DNA from: Coprobacillus sp.
Lineage (GTDB): Bacteria; Bacillota_I; Bacilli_A; RFN20; CAG-826
DNA: 42,920 nt
Direction of reading: 5' to 3'
Assembly (NCBI GenBank): GCA_021203745.1
Contig: JAJQAP010000047.1
Location: forward strand, 1 to 42,920
Shown: one piece after another, positions 8,277 through 15,551 of the stretch
How positions within the stretch are numbered: the first letter of the stretch is position 1
Layout of the letters: each line of letters opens with the position of its first letter
Translations under genes and position numbers: made by a program
The notes under the pieces: generated by a model
Told to the model about the DNA's origin: nothing
Seen by the model: only the letters and a program-made list of their open reading frames with translations
Database searches by the model: none

Positions 8277-8416
8277 AATAATACATTATTTTGAGTCTAT
8301 CTACAATAAAAGAAAAGAAAATAACAACAATTAACCCCTTATTAACACGCTCTTAGATACTCTTATATTTGCTTTAATATTCATTTTAAAGTAAAATGAA
8401 TGCGTGAGGTAAATAT

Positions 8417-9247
8417 ATGGGAAGACCGATAGTAGCAATATTATACGATTTTGATAAGACTTTATCTGTGACAGATATGCAGAATTTTAGTTTTATTCCC
8501 GCGATGGGTATGACTCCTGACGAGTTTTGGGGAGAGACCACAAAATTTAGTCAAAAGACGGGATGTGAAAAGATTCTTTCCTATATGTATATGATGATTA
8601 AATGCGGTAACGATAAAGGAATAAAGATCAGTCGTGAATTCCTTCAGTCCTGTGGTAAAAATATTAAATACTTCCCTGGTGTCTCGACCTGGTTTAAACG
8701 AATCAATGAGTATGGAGAGAGTAAGGGGGTCAAAGTAGAACACTACCTCGTTTCAAGTGGTACAAAAGAAATTGTGGAGGGTTGTTCCATTGCTAATGAG
8801 TTTACAGAGCTCTTTGGTTGTGAATACCTTTACGATGAAAATGGAAACGCGATATGGCCTAAACTAGCGATAAACTATACACAGAAAACACAGTTCCTCT
8901 TTAGGATCGCTAAAGGCGTTGGTGATATGAACGATGAAGAGGGAGTCAACAGAAAGACAAAAGAATATCGAATCCCTTATTCAAACATTCTCTATGTTGG
9001 AGATGGGATGACAGATATAGCCTGCATGACCCTTGTTAAACGTAATGGTGGCAGAGCGGTTGCCGTTTATCCAGAAGGACAAATAGAAAGCGTTAAAGGA
9101 ATGTATTCCGATGGGAGAGTCGACTTTGTCTGTAAAGCGGATTACTCCGCGGGTAGCGATGTTGAAAAAGTTATTAGAATGCATATAGATGATGTCGCCT
9201 TAAATAACGACATGCAAAAAAAGCAATTATCTTTACTTAATAAGTAG
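8417..9247 (+). CDS. HAD-superfamily hydrolase (HAD-IB-like)
   Basis: 276-aa ORF with HAD motif I ILYDFDKTL (DxDxT), motif II LVSSGT and motif IV YVGDGMTD. GTGAGG Shine-Dalgarno upstream. Confidence 0.7.
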   Translation: MGRPIVAILYDFDKTLSVTDMQNFSFIPAMGMTPDEFWGETTKFSQKTGCEKILSYMYMMIKCGNDKGIKISREFLQSCGKNIKYFPGVSTWFKRINEYGESKGVKVEHYLVSSGTKEIVEGCSIANEFTELFGCEYLYDENGNAIWPKLAINYTQKTQFLFRIAKGVGDMNDEEGVNRKTKEYRIPYSNILYVGDGMTDIACMTLVKRNGGRAVAVYPEGQIESVKGMYSDGRVDFVCKADYSAGSDVEKVIRMHIDDVALNNDMQKKQLSLLNK

Positions 9248-9324
9248 TTATATAAATGTTTTAGAGATAGGGATAGTAACTAGATTTTTTAGATTGACTA
9301 TAGATATCGATAAGGAGAACCGCT

Positions 9325-10617
9325 ATGAAAAAAGAAGATGTTTTAAAAGTGAATCTTGATAAGGCTATCGAGAAAGACAAAATTTTATCATACCAAGAAA
9401 AAGTGAGTGAGATTGATAAGGGGATTAAAGATAAGTCACTTGCTGGAAACGACTTTTTAGGATGGAGCGATTATCCTCTTACCTATAATAAAAAAGAGGC
9501 CAAACAGATTATAAAAGACGCAAAAAGAGTAAGAAAAGAAGTCGAGGTCTTAGTCGTGTGCGGAATTGGTGGGTCTTACCTTGGCGCGAGAGCGGCAATA
9601 GAAGCCTTAAAGGGTTTAAAGCCTAGTGATGGGCCAGAGATCATCTTCTTTGGAAACACCTTCTCTCCTAACTACACAAACCAAATCATAGAATATCTAA
9701 AGACAAAAACATTTGCGATTAATGTCATCTCAAAAAGCGGCACCACAACAGAAACAAGTATTGCTTTTAGACTCGTAAAAGACCTTCTTGAAAAGAAGGT
9801 AGGAAAAGAAAAGGCAAGAGAATTAATCTTTGCCACTACCGATAAAGAAAAAGGCGCCCTTAAAACCCTTGCTAGTAAAGAAGGATACCAGACATATGTC
9901 TTGCCTGATGATGTTGGTGGAAGATATTCCGTCTTTACCGCAGTGGGACTCTTCCCGATGGCCGTGGCAGGTATTGATATTGAAGACTTCCTTAAAGGGG
10001 CAAAAGATAGCATGACTAGATACTCTAACCCTGATTTAAAGGAGAATGAGTGTTATCAATACGCGGTAACAAGAGACTATATGTATCATAATGGTAAGAG
10101 TGTTGAGATGTTTGTCACTTATGAACTTCAATACACCCAGATTGGTGAATGGTTAAAACAGCTCTTTGGAGAAAGTGAAGGGAAAGGTAAAAAAGCTTTG
10201 CTCCCCACAAGTGCGACATTCTCAACTGACTTACATTCCCTTGGACAGTTTATTCAAGATGGATCTCCAATCCTCTTTGAAACAATTCTCTATGTCAATA
10301 ATCCAAAACTTAATACAAAAGTCCCACATGACGAACAAGATCTAGACGGACTTAACTACCTAGAAGACAAAGAATTATCATACGTAAATCGAAAAGCGTA
10401 CGAAGGAACACTAGAAGCTCATGTTTCAGGAGGCGTTCCTTGCATCACTATCGAGATGGATAAACTCGATAGTTATACACTTGGATACCTCTTCTACTTC
10501 TTTATGAGAGCGGTCGCTTTAAGTGGATACCTACTAGAGGTCAATCCATTTGATCAACCAGGGGTCGAAATCTATAAAAAGAATATGTTCCATCTCCTCG
10601 GTAAAAAAGGTTATTAA
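9325..10617 (+). CDS. pgi: Glucose-6-phosphate isomerase (short Firmicute type)
   Basis: 430-aa ORF. SIS/PGI signatures: VVCGIGGSYLGARA, VISKSGTTTET, DVGGRYSVFTAVGL, GESEGKG. AAGGAGAA Shine-Dalgarno upstream. Confidence 0.92.
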   Translation: MKKEDVLKVNLDKAIEKDKILSYQEKVSEIDKGIKDKSLAGNDFLGWSDYPLTYNKKEAKQIIKDAKRVRKEVEVLVVCGIGGSYLGARAAIEALKGLKPSDGPEIIFFGNTFSPNYTNQIIEYLKTKTFAINVISKSGTTTETSIAFRLVKDLLEKKVGKEKARELIFATTDKEKGALKTLASKEGYQTYVLPDDVGGRYSVFTAVGLFPMAVAGIDIEDFLKGAKDSMTRYSNPDLKENECYQYAVTRDYMYHNGKSVEMFVTYELQYTQIGEWLKQLFGESEGKGKKALLPTSATFSTDLHSLGQFIQDGSPILFETILYVNNPKLNTKVPHDEQDLDGLNYLEDKELSYVNRKAYEGTLEAHVSGGVPCITIEMDKLDSYTLGYLFYFFMRAVALSGYLLEVNPFDQPGVEIYKKNMFHLLGKKGY

Positions 10618-10666
10618 ACTAAATTTATTTAGTTTTATAAGGCGAAGAATCTGCTAAAAAATTAAA

Positions 10667-10695
10667 TTGAATATTTATGCATACTTATTTATAAT
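10667..10695 (+). promoter_or_regulatory. Sigma-70-type promoter of the five-tRNA operon
   Basis: TTGAAT (10667-10672), an exact 17-nt spacer, then TATAAT (10690-10695). This lies 20 nt upstream of the first tRNA. Confidence 0.6.
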
Positions 10696-10714
10696 ATACA
10701 AGCGTAAATATAGC

Positions 10715-10790
10715 GGATGCTTAGCTCAGTTGGGAGAGCATCGCCTTTACACGGCGGAGGTCGTGGGTTCGAGTCCCTCAGCATCCACCA
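10715..10790 (+). tRNA. tRNA-Val (anticodon TAC)
   Basis: Manual fold. Acceptor GGATGCT/AGCATCC. D-arm GCTC-AGTTGGGA-GAGC. Anticodon stem TCGCC/GGCGG with loop TTTACAC. T-loop TTCGAGT. CCA encoded. There is one T50-T64 mismatch in the T-stem. Confidence 0.8.
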
Positions 10791-10815
10791 TTAAAAATAA
10801 AACCCTTATCATTTT

Positions 10816-10899
10816 GGAGGGGTAGCGAAGTGGCTAAACGCGGCTGACTGTAAATCAGCTCCTTCGGGTACGGCGGTTCGAATCCACCCCCCTCCACCA
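10816..10899 (+). tRNA. tRNA-Tyr (anticodon GTA), long variable arm
   Basis: Acceptor GGAGGGG/CCCCTCC and anticodon loop CTGTAAA. The 5' half is the same as the Bacillus tRNA-Tyr as I remember it. CCA encoded. There is one C51-A63 mismatch in the T-stem. Confidence 0.88.
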
Positions 10900-10902
10900 C
10901 TT

Positions 10903-10978
10903 TGGGGTATAGCCAAGAGGTAAGGCAACAGACTTTGACTCTGTCATTCCGGTGGTTCGAATCCACCTACCCCAGCCA
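10903..10978 (+). tRNA. tRNA-Gln (anticodon TTG)
   Basis: Acceptor TGGGGTA/TACCCCA (U1-A72, as is typical of bacterial tRNA-Gln). Anticodon stem ACAGA/TCTGT with loop CTTTGAC. T-arm GGTGG-TTCGAAT-CCACC. GCCA 3' end. Confidence 0.85.
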
Positions 10979-10991
10979 AAATAAAATCTGT

Positions 10992-11067
10992 CTCCCGTTA
11001 GCTCAGTCGGTAGAGCACTTGACTTTTAATCAAGGGGTCAGAAGTTCGAACCTTCTACGGGAGACCA
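10992..11067 (+). tRNA. tRNA-Lys (anticodon TTT)
   Basis: D-arm GCTC-AGTCGGTA-GAGC. Anticodon stem CTTGA/TCAAG with loop CTTTTAA. T-arm AGAAG-TTCGAAC-CTTCT. Acceptor CTCCCGT/ACGGGAG, an unusual C1:G72. ACCA 3' end. Confidence 0.8.
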
Positions 11068-11070
11068 CTT

Positions 11071-11158
11071 GCTCGAGTGGCGAAATAGGTAGACGCAACA
11101 GACTTAAAATCTGTCGGTTGAGTAGACCGTACCGGTTCAAGTCCGGTCTCGAGCACCA
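11071..11158 (+). tRNA. tRNA-Leu (anticodon TAA), long variable arm
   Basis: Acceptor GCTCGAG/CTCGAGC. Anticodon stem ACAGA/TCTGT with loop CTTAAAA. T-arm ACCGG-TTCAAGT-CCGGT. ACCA 3' end. Confidence 0.88.
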
Positions 11159-11163
11159 CCACT

Positions 11164-11188
11164 AAATCACGCAATACGTGATTTTTTT
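11164..11188 (+). terminator. Rho-independent terminator of the tRNA operon
   Basis: Hairpin AAATCACG-caata-CGTGATTT followed by a T-run (to 11188). Confidence 0.7.
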
Positions 11189-11241
11189 GTTAAATTCGAT
11201 GTCCTTTATTGAGATCTTATAAAATTTGCAGTGTTTTTAAT

Positions 11242-11274
11242 AAAAAAGTAGTCCGAACTAGGGACTATTTTTAT
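11242..11274. terminator. Bidirectional hairpin terminator downstream of minus-strand tRNA-Ser
   Basis: TAGTCC-gaactag-GGACTA (about 11248-11267), flanked by AAAAAA on one side and TTTTT on the other. Confidence 0.55.
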
Positions 11275-11277
11275 TGC

Positions 11278-11368
11278 TGGCGGAGTAAGAGGGACTCGAA
11301 CCCTCGCGCCAGTTGCCCGACCTACCTCCTTAGCAGGGAGGCCCCTTCACCAACTTGGGTATTACTCC
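11278..11368 (-). tRNA. tRNA-Ser (anticodon GCT), long variable arm
   Basis: The reverse complement folds with acceptor GGAGTAA/TTACTCC. Anticodon stem CCTCC/GGAGG with loop CTGCTAA. T-arm GAGGG-TTCGAGT-CCCTC. GCCA 3' end. Confidence 0.88.
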
Positions 11369-11375
11369 ACTTGTT

Positions 11376-11404
11376 AGTGTAGCAAAATCGAGGCAATATT
11401 TCAA
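11376..11404 (-). promoter_or_regulatory. Candidate sigma-70 promoter for tRNA-Ser(GCT)
   Basis: On the minus strand: TTGAAA (11404-11399), a 17-nt spacer, then TACACT (11381-11376). It lies 7 nt upstream of the tRNA 5' end and immediately after the proS stop. Confidence 0.45.
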
Positions 11405-11407
11405 TAA

Positions 11408-12847
11408 TTAGTATGCTTTTGCAAAAAGCACAACTTTGTCTGCCTTTTTACCACAGACGACGCATTTATCATCGCATGGAATTTGATTAAAAGGTAATAC
11501 TCTTGCGGTGGCGCTTGTCACTTCTTTAATCTTTGCTTCACAGTCTGGGTCACCACACCACATCGCTTTGGCATATCCCTTATTGTTATCCATTACCTCT
11601 TTAAGCTCATCAAATGTATGGACTTCATAGGTATGACTAACTTGGAAATCGAGGGCTTTTTTATACATTTCATCGTGTATTTGTTTTAGGAGTTTAGTTA
11701 AATCATCGACAAGGGTATCTCTCGATAGTGTTAGTTTTACTCCATCATTACGTTTCACCGCGGTAACGACATTATGTTCGATATCTCTTGGACCAATTTC
11801 GATTCTGACAGGCACTCCCTTCATCTCATACTCAGCGAATTTCCATCCAGCAGTGTGATCTGAATCATCGAGTTTAACTTTGAAGTCTGCCCTCTTTAAC
11901 TGCTCTTCAATCTTTTTTGCTTCATTAAGCACTCCTTCTTTATTTTGGGCAACAGGAATAATTACTACTTGGATAGGAGCGACGTAAGGAGGTAAAACAA
12001 GACCATTATCATCTCCATGCATCATAATAATAGAACCTAGTAGTCTTGTGGATACACCCCAGGATGTTTGATGAGGGTTATAGATTTTACCATCTCTTCC
12101 TTGATAAGAAATATCAAAGGCTTTAGCAAAACCTGTGCCAAAATAATGAGTGGTACCACATTGCAGGGCTTTTCCATCAGGATTTAATGATTCTAGGGAA
12201 TATGTTTCAAGAGCACCCGCAAACTTCTCTTTATCGGTTTTAATACCTTTACTAAAGGGGATAGCAAGTAAATCTCTTCCAAGATCATCGTATATATCAA
12301 GAATTGATAAGGCTTCGTGTCTAGCTTCTTGCTCAGTTTCATGAAGTGTATGTCCTTCTTGCCAAAGGAATTCACTACCTCTTAAAAAGGGTCTAGTGGT
12401 TTTCTCCCATCTTACTACTGAACACCACTGATTATATAAAAGAGGTAAGTCTCGATAGGACTTTAATATTTTCGCGTAGTGTTCACAGAATAGGGTTTCA
12501 CTCGTTGGACGGATGATGAGTCGATCATCGATCTTTTCTCCTCCGCCTTCTGAGGCAATAAGGGTTTCAGGGGCAAAACCTTCCACATGTTCTTTCTCTT
12601 TATTGAACAAAGACTCTGGAATCACCATTGGCATATAGACGTTTTGGTGACCAGTTTCTTTAAAACGTTTATCAAGATAGGCTTGTATATTCTCCCAGAT
12701 GGCGTATCCATAAGGACGATAAATAATAAAACCTTTCGTACTGGAGTAGTCCATAAGTTCCGCTTTCTTACAGACATCAGTGTACCACTGAGCAAAATCG
12801 TCTTCTTGACGAGTTATAGAGTCGTTTTTAATTTGGTTATCTGTCAT
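11408..12847 (-). CDS. proS: Prolyl-tRNA synthetase, archaeal/eukaryote-like type (no INS editing domain, C-terminal Zn-binding domain ending in Tyr)
   Basis: 479-aa ORF with class II motifs (FRPYGYAIWE-like, RPTSET, motif 3 region GTTHYFG). The C-terminal cysteine cluster CGDPDCE...CVVCGK and the terminal ...FAKAY are typical of this ProRS subtype. Confidence 0.92.
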   Translation of the reverse strand: MTDNQIKNDSITRQEDDFAQWYTDVCKKAELMDYSSTKGFIIYRPYGYAIWENIQAYLDKRFKETGHQNVYMPMVIPESLFNKEKEHVEGFAPETLIASEGGGEKIDDRLIIRPTSETLFCEHYAKILKSYRDLPLLYNQWCSVVRWEKTTRPFLRGSEFLWQEGHTLHETEQEARHEALSILDIYDDLGRDLLAIPFSKGIKTDKEKFAGALETYSLESLNPDGKALQCGTTHYFGTGFAKAFDISYQGRDGKIYNPHQTSWGVSTRLLGSIIMMHGDDNGLVLPPYVAPIQVVIIPVAQNKEGVLNEAKKIEEQLKRADFKVKLDDSDHTAGWKFAEYEMKGVPVRIEIGPRDIEHNVVTAVKRNDGVKLTLSRDTLVDDLTKLLKQIHDEMYKKALDFQVSHTYEVHTFDELKEVMDNNKGYAKAMWCGDPDCEAKIKEVTSATARVLPFNQIPCDDKCVVCGKKADKVVLFAKAY

Positions 12848-14624
12848 TTCGTTTACCTATTACCATCTGGCTTAATTTATCGAGTTTTTTCTTCTCAACA
12901 GGGAGAATCATATCACTTGAATATGATACAACCTCACTAGATATTAAATCAATTCCTGATTTAATAATGAGTTCTATGGAGACCCATCCTTCAAGGTCAG
13001 AGACGATGATTGGACGTTTAAAACGAAGGAGTTGTTCTAAGAGATTATGGATAGAGAGTCTCGTCCTAGAGTCTTTCTTCATTTCACTGACGAGAGTGTC
13101 CCCAACGACAAAGTAATCGAAGTTAGCGTATATGCTTGGATCTAAAAGGAGCTCTTCACTCTTTAAAGCAAGAGCGATTTCAAAGTCATGACTCTTCACT
13201 TCTTTGAGTTTTTGATTTAAAGCATCGATGTTTAATGAGTTTGCCATTACTTCATCTTCATTGAGTAAAAGAATTAGTCTTATATCTTTAACTTTAGGAA
13301 TTTGAAGGAAGATCTCTAAGGCATTATTTAAATCCCCCATCGAGAGATAGTAGAAGAGTCGAGAGTTACTCTCTGGGGCCTCAGAAGCAAACTTAGTGAT
13401 AATATTGCGACTGACTTTGGCAAGAAGCTCTCTATTCTTACCGATATCAGAAGCGTATTGAGAGAGTTCTTCAAAAGAGTTAAAGGATGTATCATACACA
13501 CGAACATAAGAGAAATATCCATATGTTTGTTTACGTTTAACATTGATGATTGGACGATAGAAGTACCTAAAGGAATTACCTCTTAATAGTTCGTTAATCT
13601 CTTCTTCGTATTTAGCAACATTATAGAGATTAGTCACTCCTTGATACATCTGGACATTCTTATTATCCTGATGGGCTCGCATTGCGGTGGTTGAAGCTTC
13701 TCTCACTAAAGAATCAAAGTTTTGATAGTAAGCGGAGTTTTCAATAACTCCGATTGCAAAGGTAATACCATTAGCAAAACCATTGACCTGAATAGCTTTA
13801 TTTAAGGCTTTTGAAATAGATGTCGCTAGTCTAAGTGCTTCATCTTTAGAGGACAAAGAGAAATCAAAGAGGTAGGATTCCATTTCTCCGTTTGTAAGGA
13901 TATAACGGGTATGATGAGATCCCACGACAAAGGGGAATATCTCGTTCATAAGGGTCATCGCCATAAAACGTTCTTCTTGATTAGAGGCGAGGATATTTTG
14001 CTTTAAAAAGAAGAGACGTATTGAGAAAGTAAAACCTTTTGTATTTTTAGACTCATTAATTTGTTTAGAAACAACATCTCGAGAAATAATCCCATTCTTT
14101 CCTTCTTGGAGGGAGCGAGAAGCACTGTGGACTGGAGTAATATATTTCAAAATATGCGATTCAAGGTGAAGTAAACCTTTAGACTCGTCATAATGTAAGA
14201 ATTTAAGTAACGAAAAATAGGAGGATCTTCCATGCTCGATGATGATATCCGCTTGAAGATACTCATCAAAGGTTTCATTAGGATTGCAGATTGCAAAAAT
14301 CCAGTTCTTCACTCTTTCAACATCTGAGGGGTCAAATCTCTTATAGAAAGTGACCATATCCATCGTTCTTTTATCTTTAAGGTTCGTCTTATTGAAATAT
14401 GTGACAAGGTTTGTGTTTGTATCGATGACAAAGATTCTTGAGGTGTTAGATTCTCTTAACATGTCTCGACGAAACGCTCTTCTATTCTTACCCATGATAG
14501 AAAAGGTTACCGCAAAAACGACGATTAAGATAATAAAGACAATCGTTACAATAAAGATTGCAAGAAACGTAGGGTCAGTGAAGTCCCAAAGGTCCCAAAA
14601 TGATGAATCATCCGCCAAAATCAT
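12837..14624 (-). CDS. Membrane-anchored protein with degenerate GGDEF-like and degenerate EAL-like domains
   Basis: 595-aa ORF with one N-terminal TM (FLAIFIVTIVFIILIVVFAVTF). A GGDEF-fold pattern is present with the signature replaced (NGEME for GGDEF; AIGVI; TTAMRAHQDNKN). An EAL-fold pattern is present (FRYFYRPI for YQPI; GYFSYVRV for G.EALLR; LLLNEDE; IVSDLEG), with most catalytic residues substituted. The 3' end overlaps the proS start by 11 nt. Confidence 0.5.
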   Translation of the reverse strand: MILADDSSFWDLWDFTDPTFLAIFIVTIVFIILIVVFAVTFSIMGKNRRAFRRDMLRESNTSRIFVIDTNTNLVTYFNKTNLKDKRTMDMVTFYKRFDPSDVERVKNWIFAICNPNETFDEYLQADIIIEHGRSSYFSLLKFLHYDESKGLLHLESHILKYITPVHSASRSLQEGKNGIISRDVVSKQINESKNTKGFTFSIRLFFLKQNILASNQEERFMAMTLMNEIFPFVVGSHHTRYILTNGEMESYLFDFSLSSKDEALRLATSISKALNKAIQVNGFANGITFAIGVIENSAYYQNFDSLVREASTTAMRAHQDNKNVQMYQGVTNLYNVAKYEEEINELLRGNSFRYFYRPIINVKRKQTYGYFSYVRVYDTSFNSFEELSQYASDIGKNRELLAKVSRNIITKFASEAPESNSRLFYYLSMGDLNNALEIFLQIPKVKDIRLILLLNEDEVMANSLNIDALNQKLKEVKSHDFEIALALKSEELLLDPSIYANFDYFVVGDTLVSEMKKDSRTRLSIHNLLEQLLRFKRPIIVSDLEGWVSIELIIKSGIDLISSEVVSYSSDMILPVEKKKLDKLSQMVIGKRNDR

Positions 14625-14714
14625 ATTGTTATTATAGCAAAGAGAACTGTTTATTTAAATTAATAAAACCTTATCAATTTAAAAGTAAGAAAAATGGGCA
14701 AATTTCAAAACCTA

Positions 14715-14723
14715 TGGTATAAT
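14715..14723 (+). promoter_or_regulatory. Extended -10 promoter element (TGgTATAAT) for tRNA-Ser(CGA)
   Basis: TGGTATAAT ends 10 nt before the tRNA 5' end. A weak -35 TGGGCA lies 17 nt upstream. Confidence 0.5.
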
Positions 14724-14732
14724 AAGGCACAT

Positions 14733-14823
14733 AGAGGAATACCCAAGTGGTTGAAGGGGGTGGTTTCGAAAACCACTAGGAGATTAACGTCTCGCAGGGG
14801 TTCGAATCCCCTTTCCTCTGCCA
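14733..14823 (+). tRNA. tRNA-Ser (anticodon CGA), long variable arm
   Basis: Acceptor AGAGGAA/TTCCTCT. Anticodon stem GTGGT/ACCAC with loop TTCGAAA. T-arm AGGGG-TTCGAAT-CCCCT. GCCA 3' end. Confidence 0.85.
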
Positions 14824-14832
14824 GATAAAGCG

Positions 14833-14858
14833 ATGAGATTGGAAAATCTCATTTTTTT
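14833..14858 (+). terminator. Rho-independent terminator after tRNA-Ser(CGA)
   Basis: Hairpin ATGAGATT-ggaa-AATCTCAT followed by TTTTTTT. Confidence 0.75.
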
Positions 14859-14894
14859 AGGGAATTTTATAAAAGTCTGTCTATTTATATAAAT

Positions 14895-15551
14895 GTGGAA
14901 CAAAAGGAAAAACTGACAAAAGAAAAACTAATCGAAGAAGCCAGATCTTTTTGCCGAGAAGAAAACGAACTACGTTGCTCACTAAGTTTAAATGACAGTA
15001 AAAGTATCGGGACATTCATCGAACATAGTTTTAAAAACTACCTAAGGGCAAAATACATCTTCTTAGAGGGCAATTCCGCATTAGGTGTAGATTTTCCTGA
15101 TGCATGTATAAACACCGATATTAAATCGACATCGATTGCAAAACCCCAGTCATCATGTCCATATAAAAGTCCAAGGCAAAAAATATATGGACTTGGTTAT
15201 AGCTTACTAATTTTTATATATGAAAAATCAGGGGCTCTATCTGAAACAAAACTCAAATTTACTGACGTTTTATTTATAGATGAAACAAGAACGGGGGATT
15301 ATATGACAACAAAATTGCTTAATGATATGTTAGATCAAGGTTGCTCAAAAAATGATATAATGAGTCTATTAAAGGCAAGAGAAATTGCAGATGACTTTGA
15401 AACTCTTAATATGCTATCAGATTTGATTATTACTAATAGACCAGCGCAAGGTTATTTAACGATTTCAGATGCTTTGCAATTACGATTGAAATACACAAAA
15501 ATATCAGAACTAAAGGAAAATACGGATGGGGTTACCAAAATCAGAATCTAA
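14895..15551 (+). CDS. Putative type II restriction endonuclease (PD-(D/E)xK candidate)
   Basis: 218-aa ORF with a GTG start. The candidate catalytic motif is VDFPD-x7-DIK (GVDFPDACINTDIKS). It overlaps the downstream N6-adenine methyltransferase gene by 26 nt. I do not recognise a specific family. Confidence 0.5.
   Translation: MEQKEKLTKEKLIEEARSFCREENELRCSLSLNDSKSIGTFIEHSFKNYLRAKYIFLEGNSALGVDFPDACINTDIKSTSIAKPQSSCPYKSPRQKIYGLGYSLLIFIYEKSGALSETKLKFTDVLFIDETRTGDYMTTKLLNDMLDQGCSKNDIMSLLKAREIADDFETLNMLSDLIITNRPAQGYLTISDALQLRLKYTKISELKENTDGVTKIRI

Noticed and set aside
8379-8401. Perfect 10-bp inverted repeat ATTCATTTTA-aag-TAAAATGAAT just upstream of the HAD hydrolase Shine-Dalgarno element.
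   Set aside because: It is almost pure A/T, has no following T-run, and shows no resemblance to a known riboswitch or operator. It could easily arise by chance in AT-rich spacer DNA.
10618-10640. Possible terminator hairpin ACTAAA-ttta-TTTAGT after pgi.
   Set aside because: It is a six-bp stem of mostly A/T pairs (one G:C) with a weak T-tract. The predicted stability is too low to annotate with confidence.
10778-11165. Two ORFs (62 aa on the minus strand, 87 aa on the plus strand) spanning the tRNA cluster.
   Set aside because: They are composed of tRNA sequence, and the tRNA cloverleaves explain the region fully.
12848-12900. Expected T-box leader or other riboswitch upstream of proS, and likewise upstream of argS at about 28131.
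   Set aside because: There is no intergenic space. Both synthetase genes overlap the preceding gene, so no leader RNA can be accommodated.
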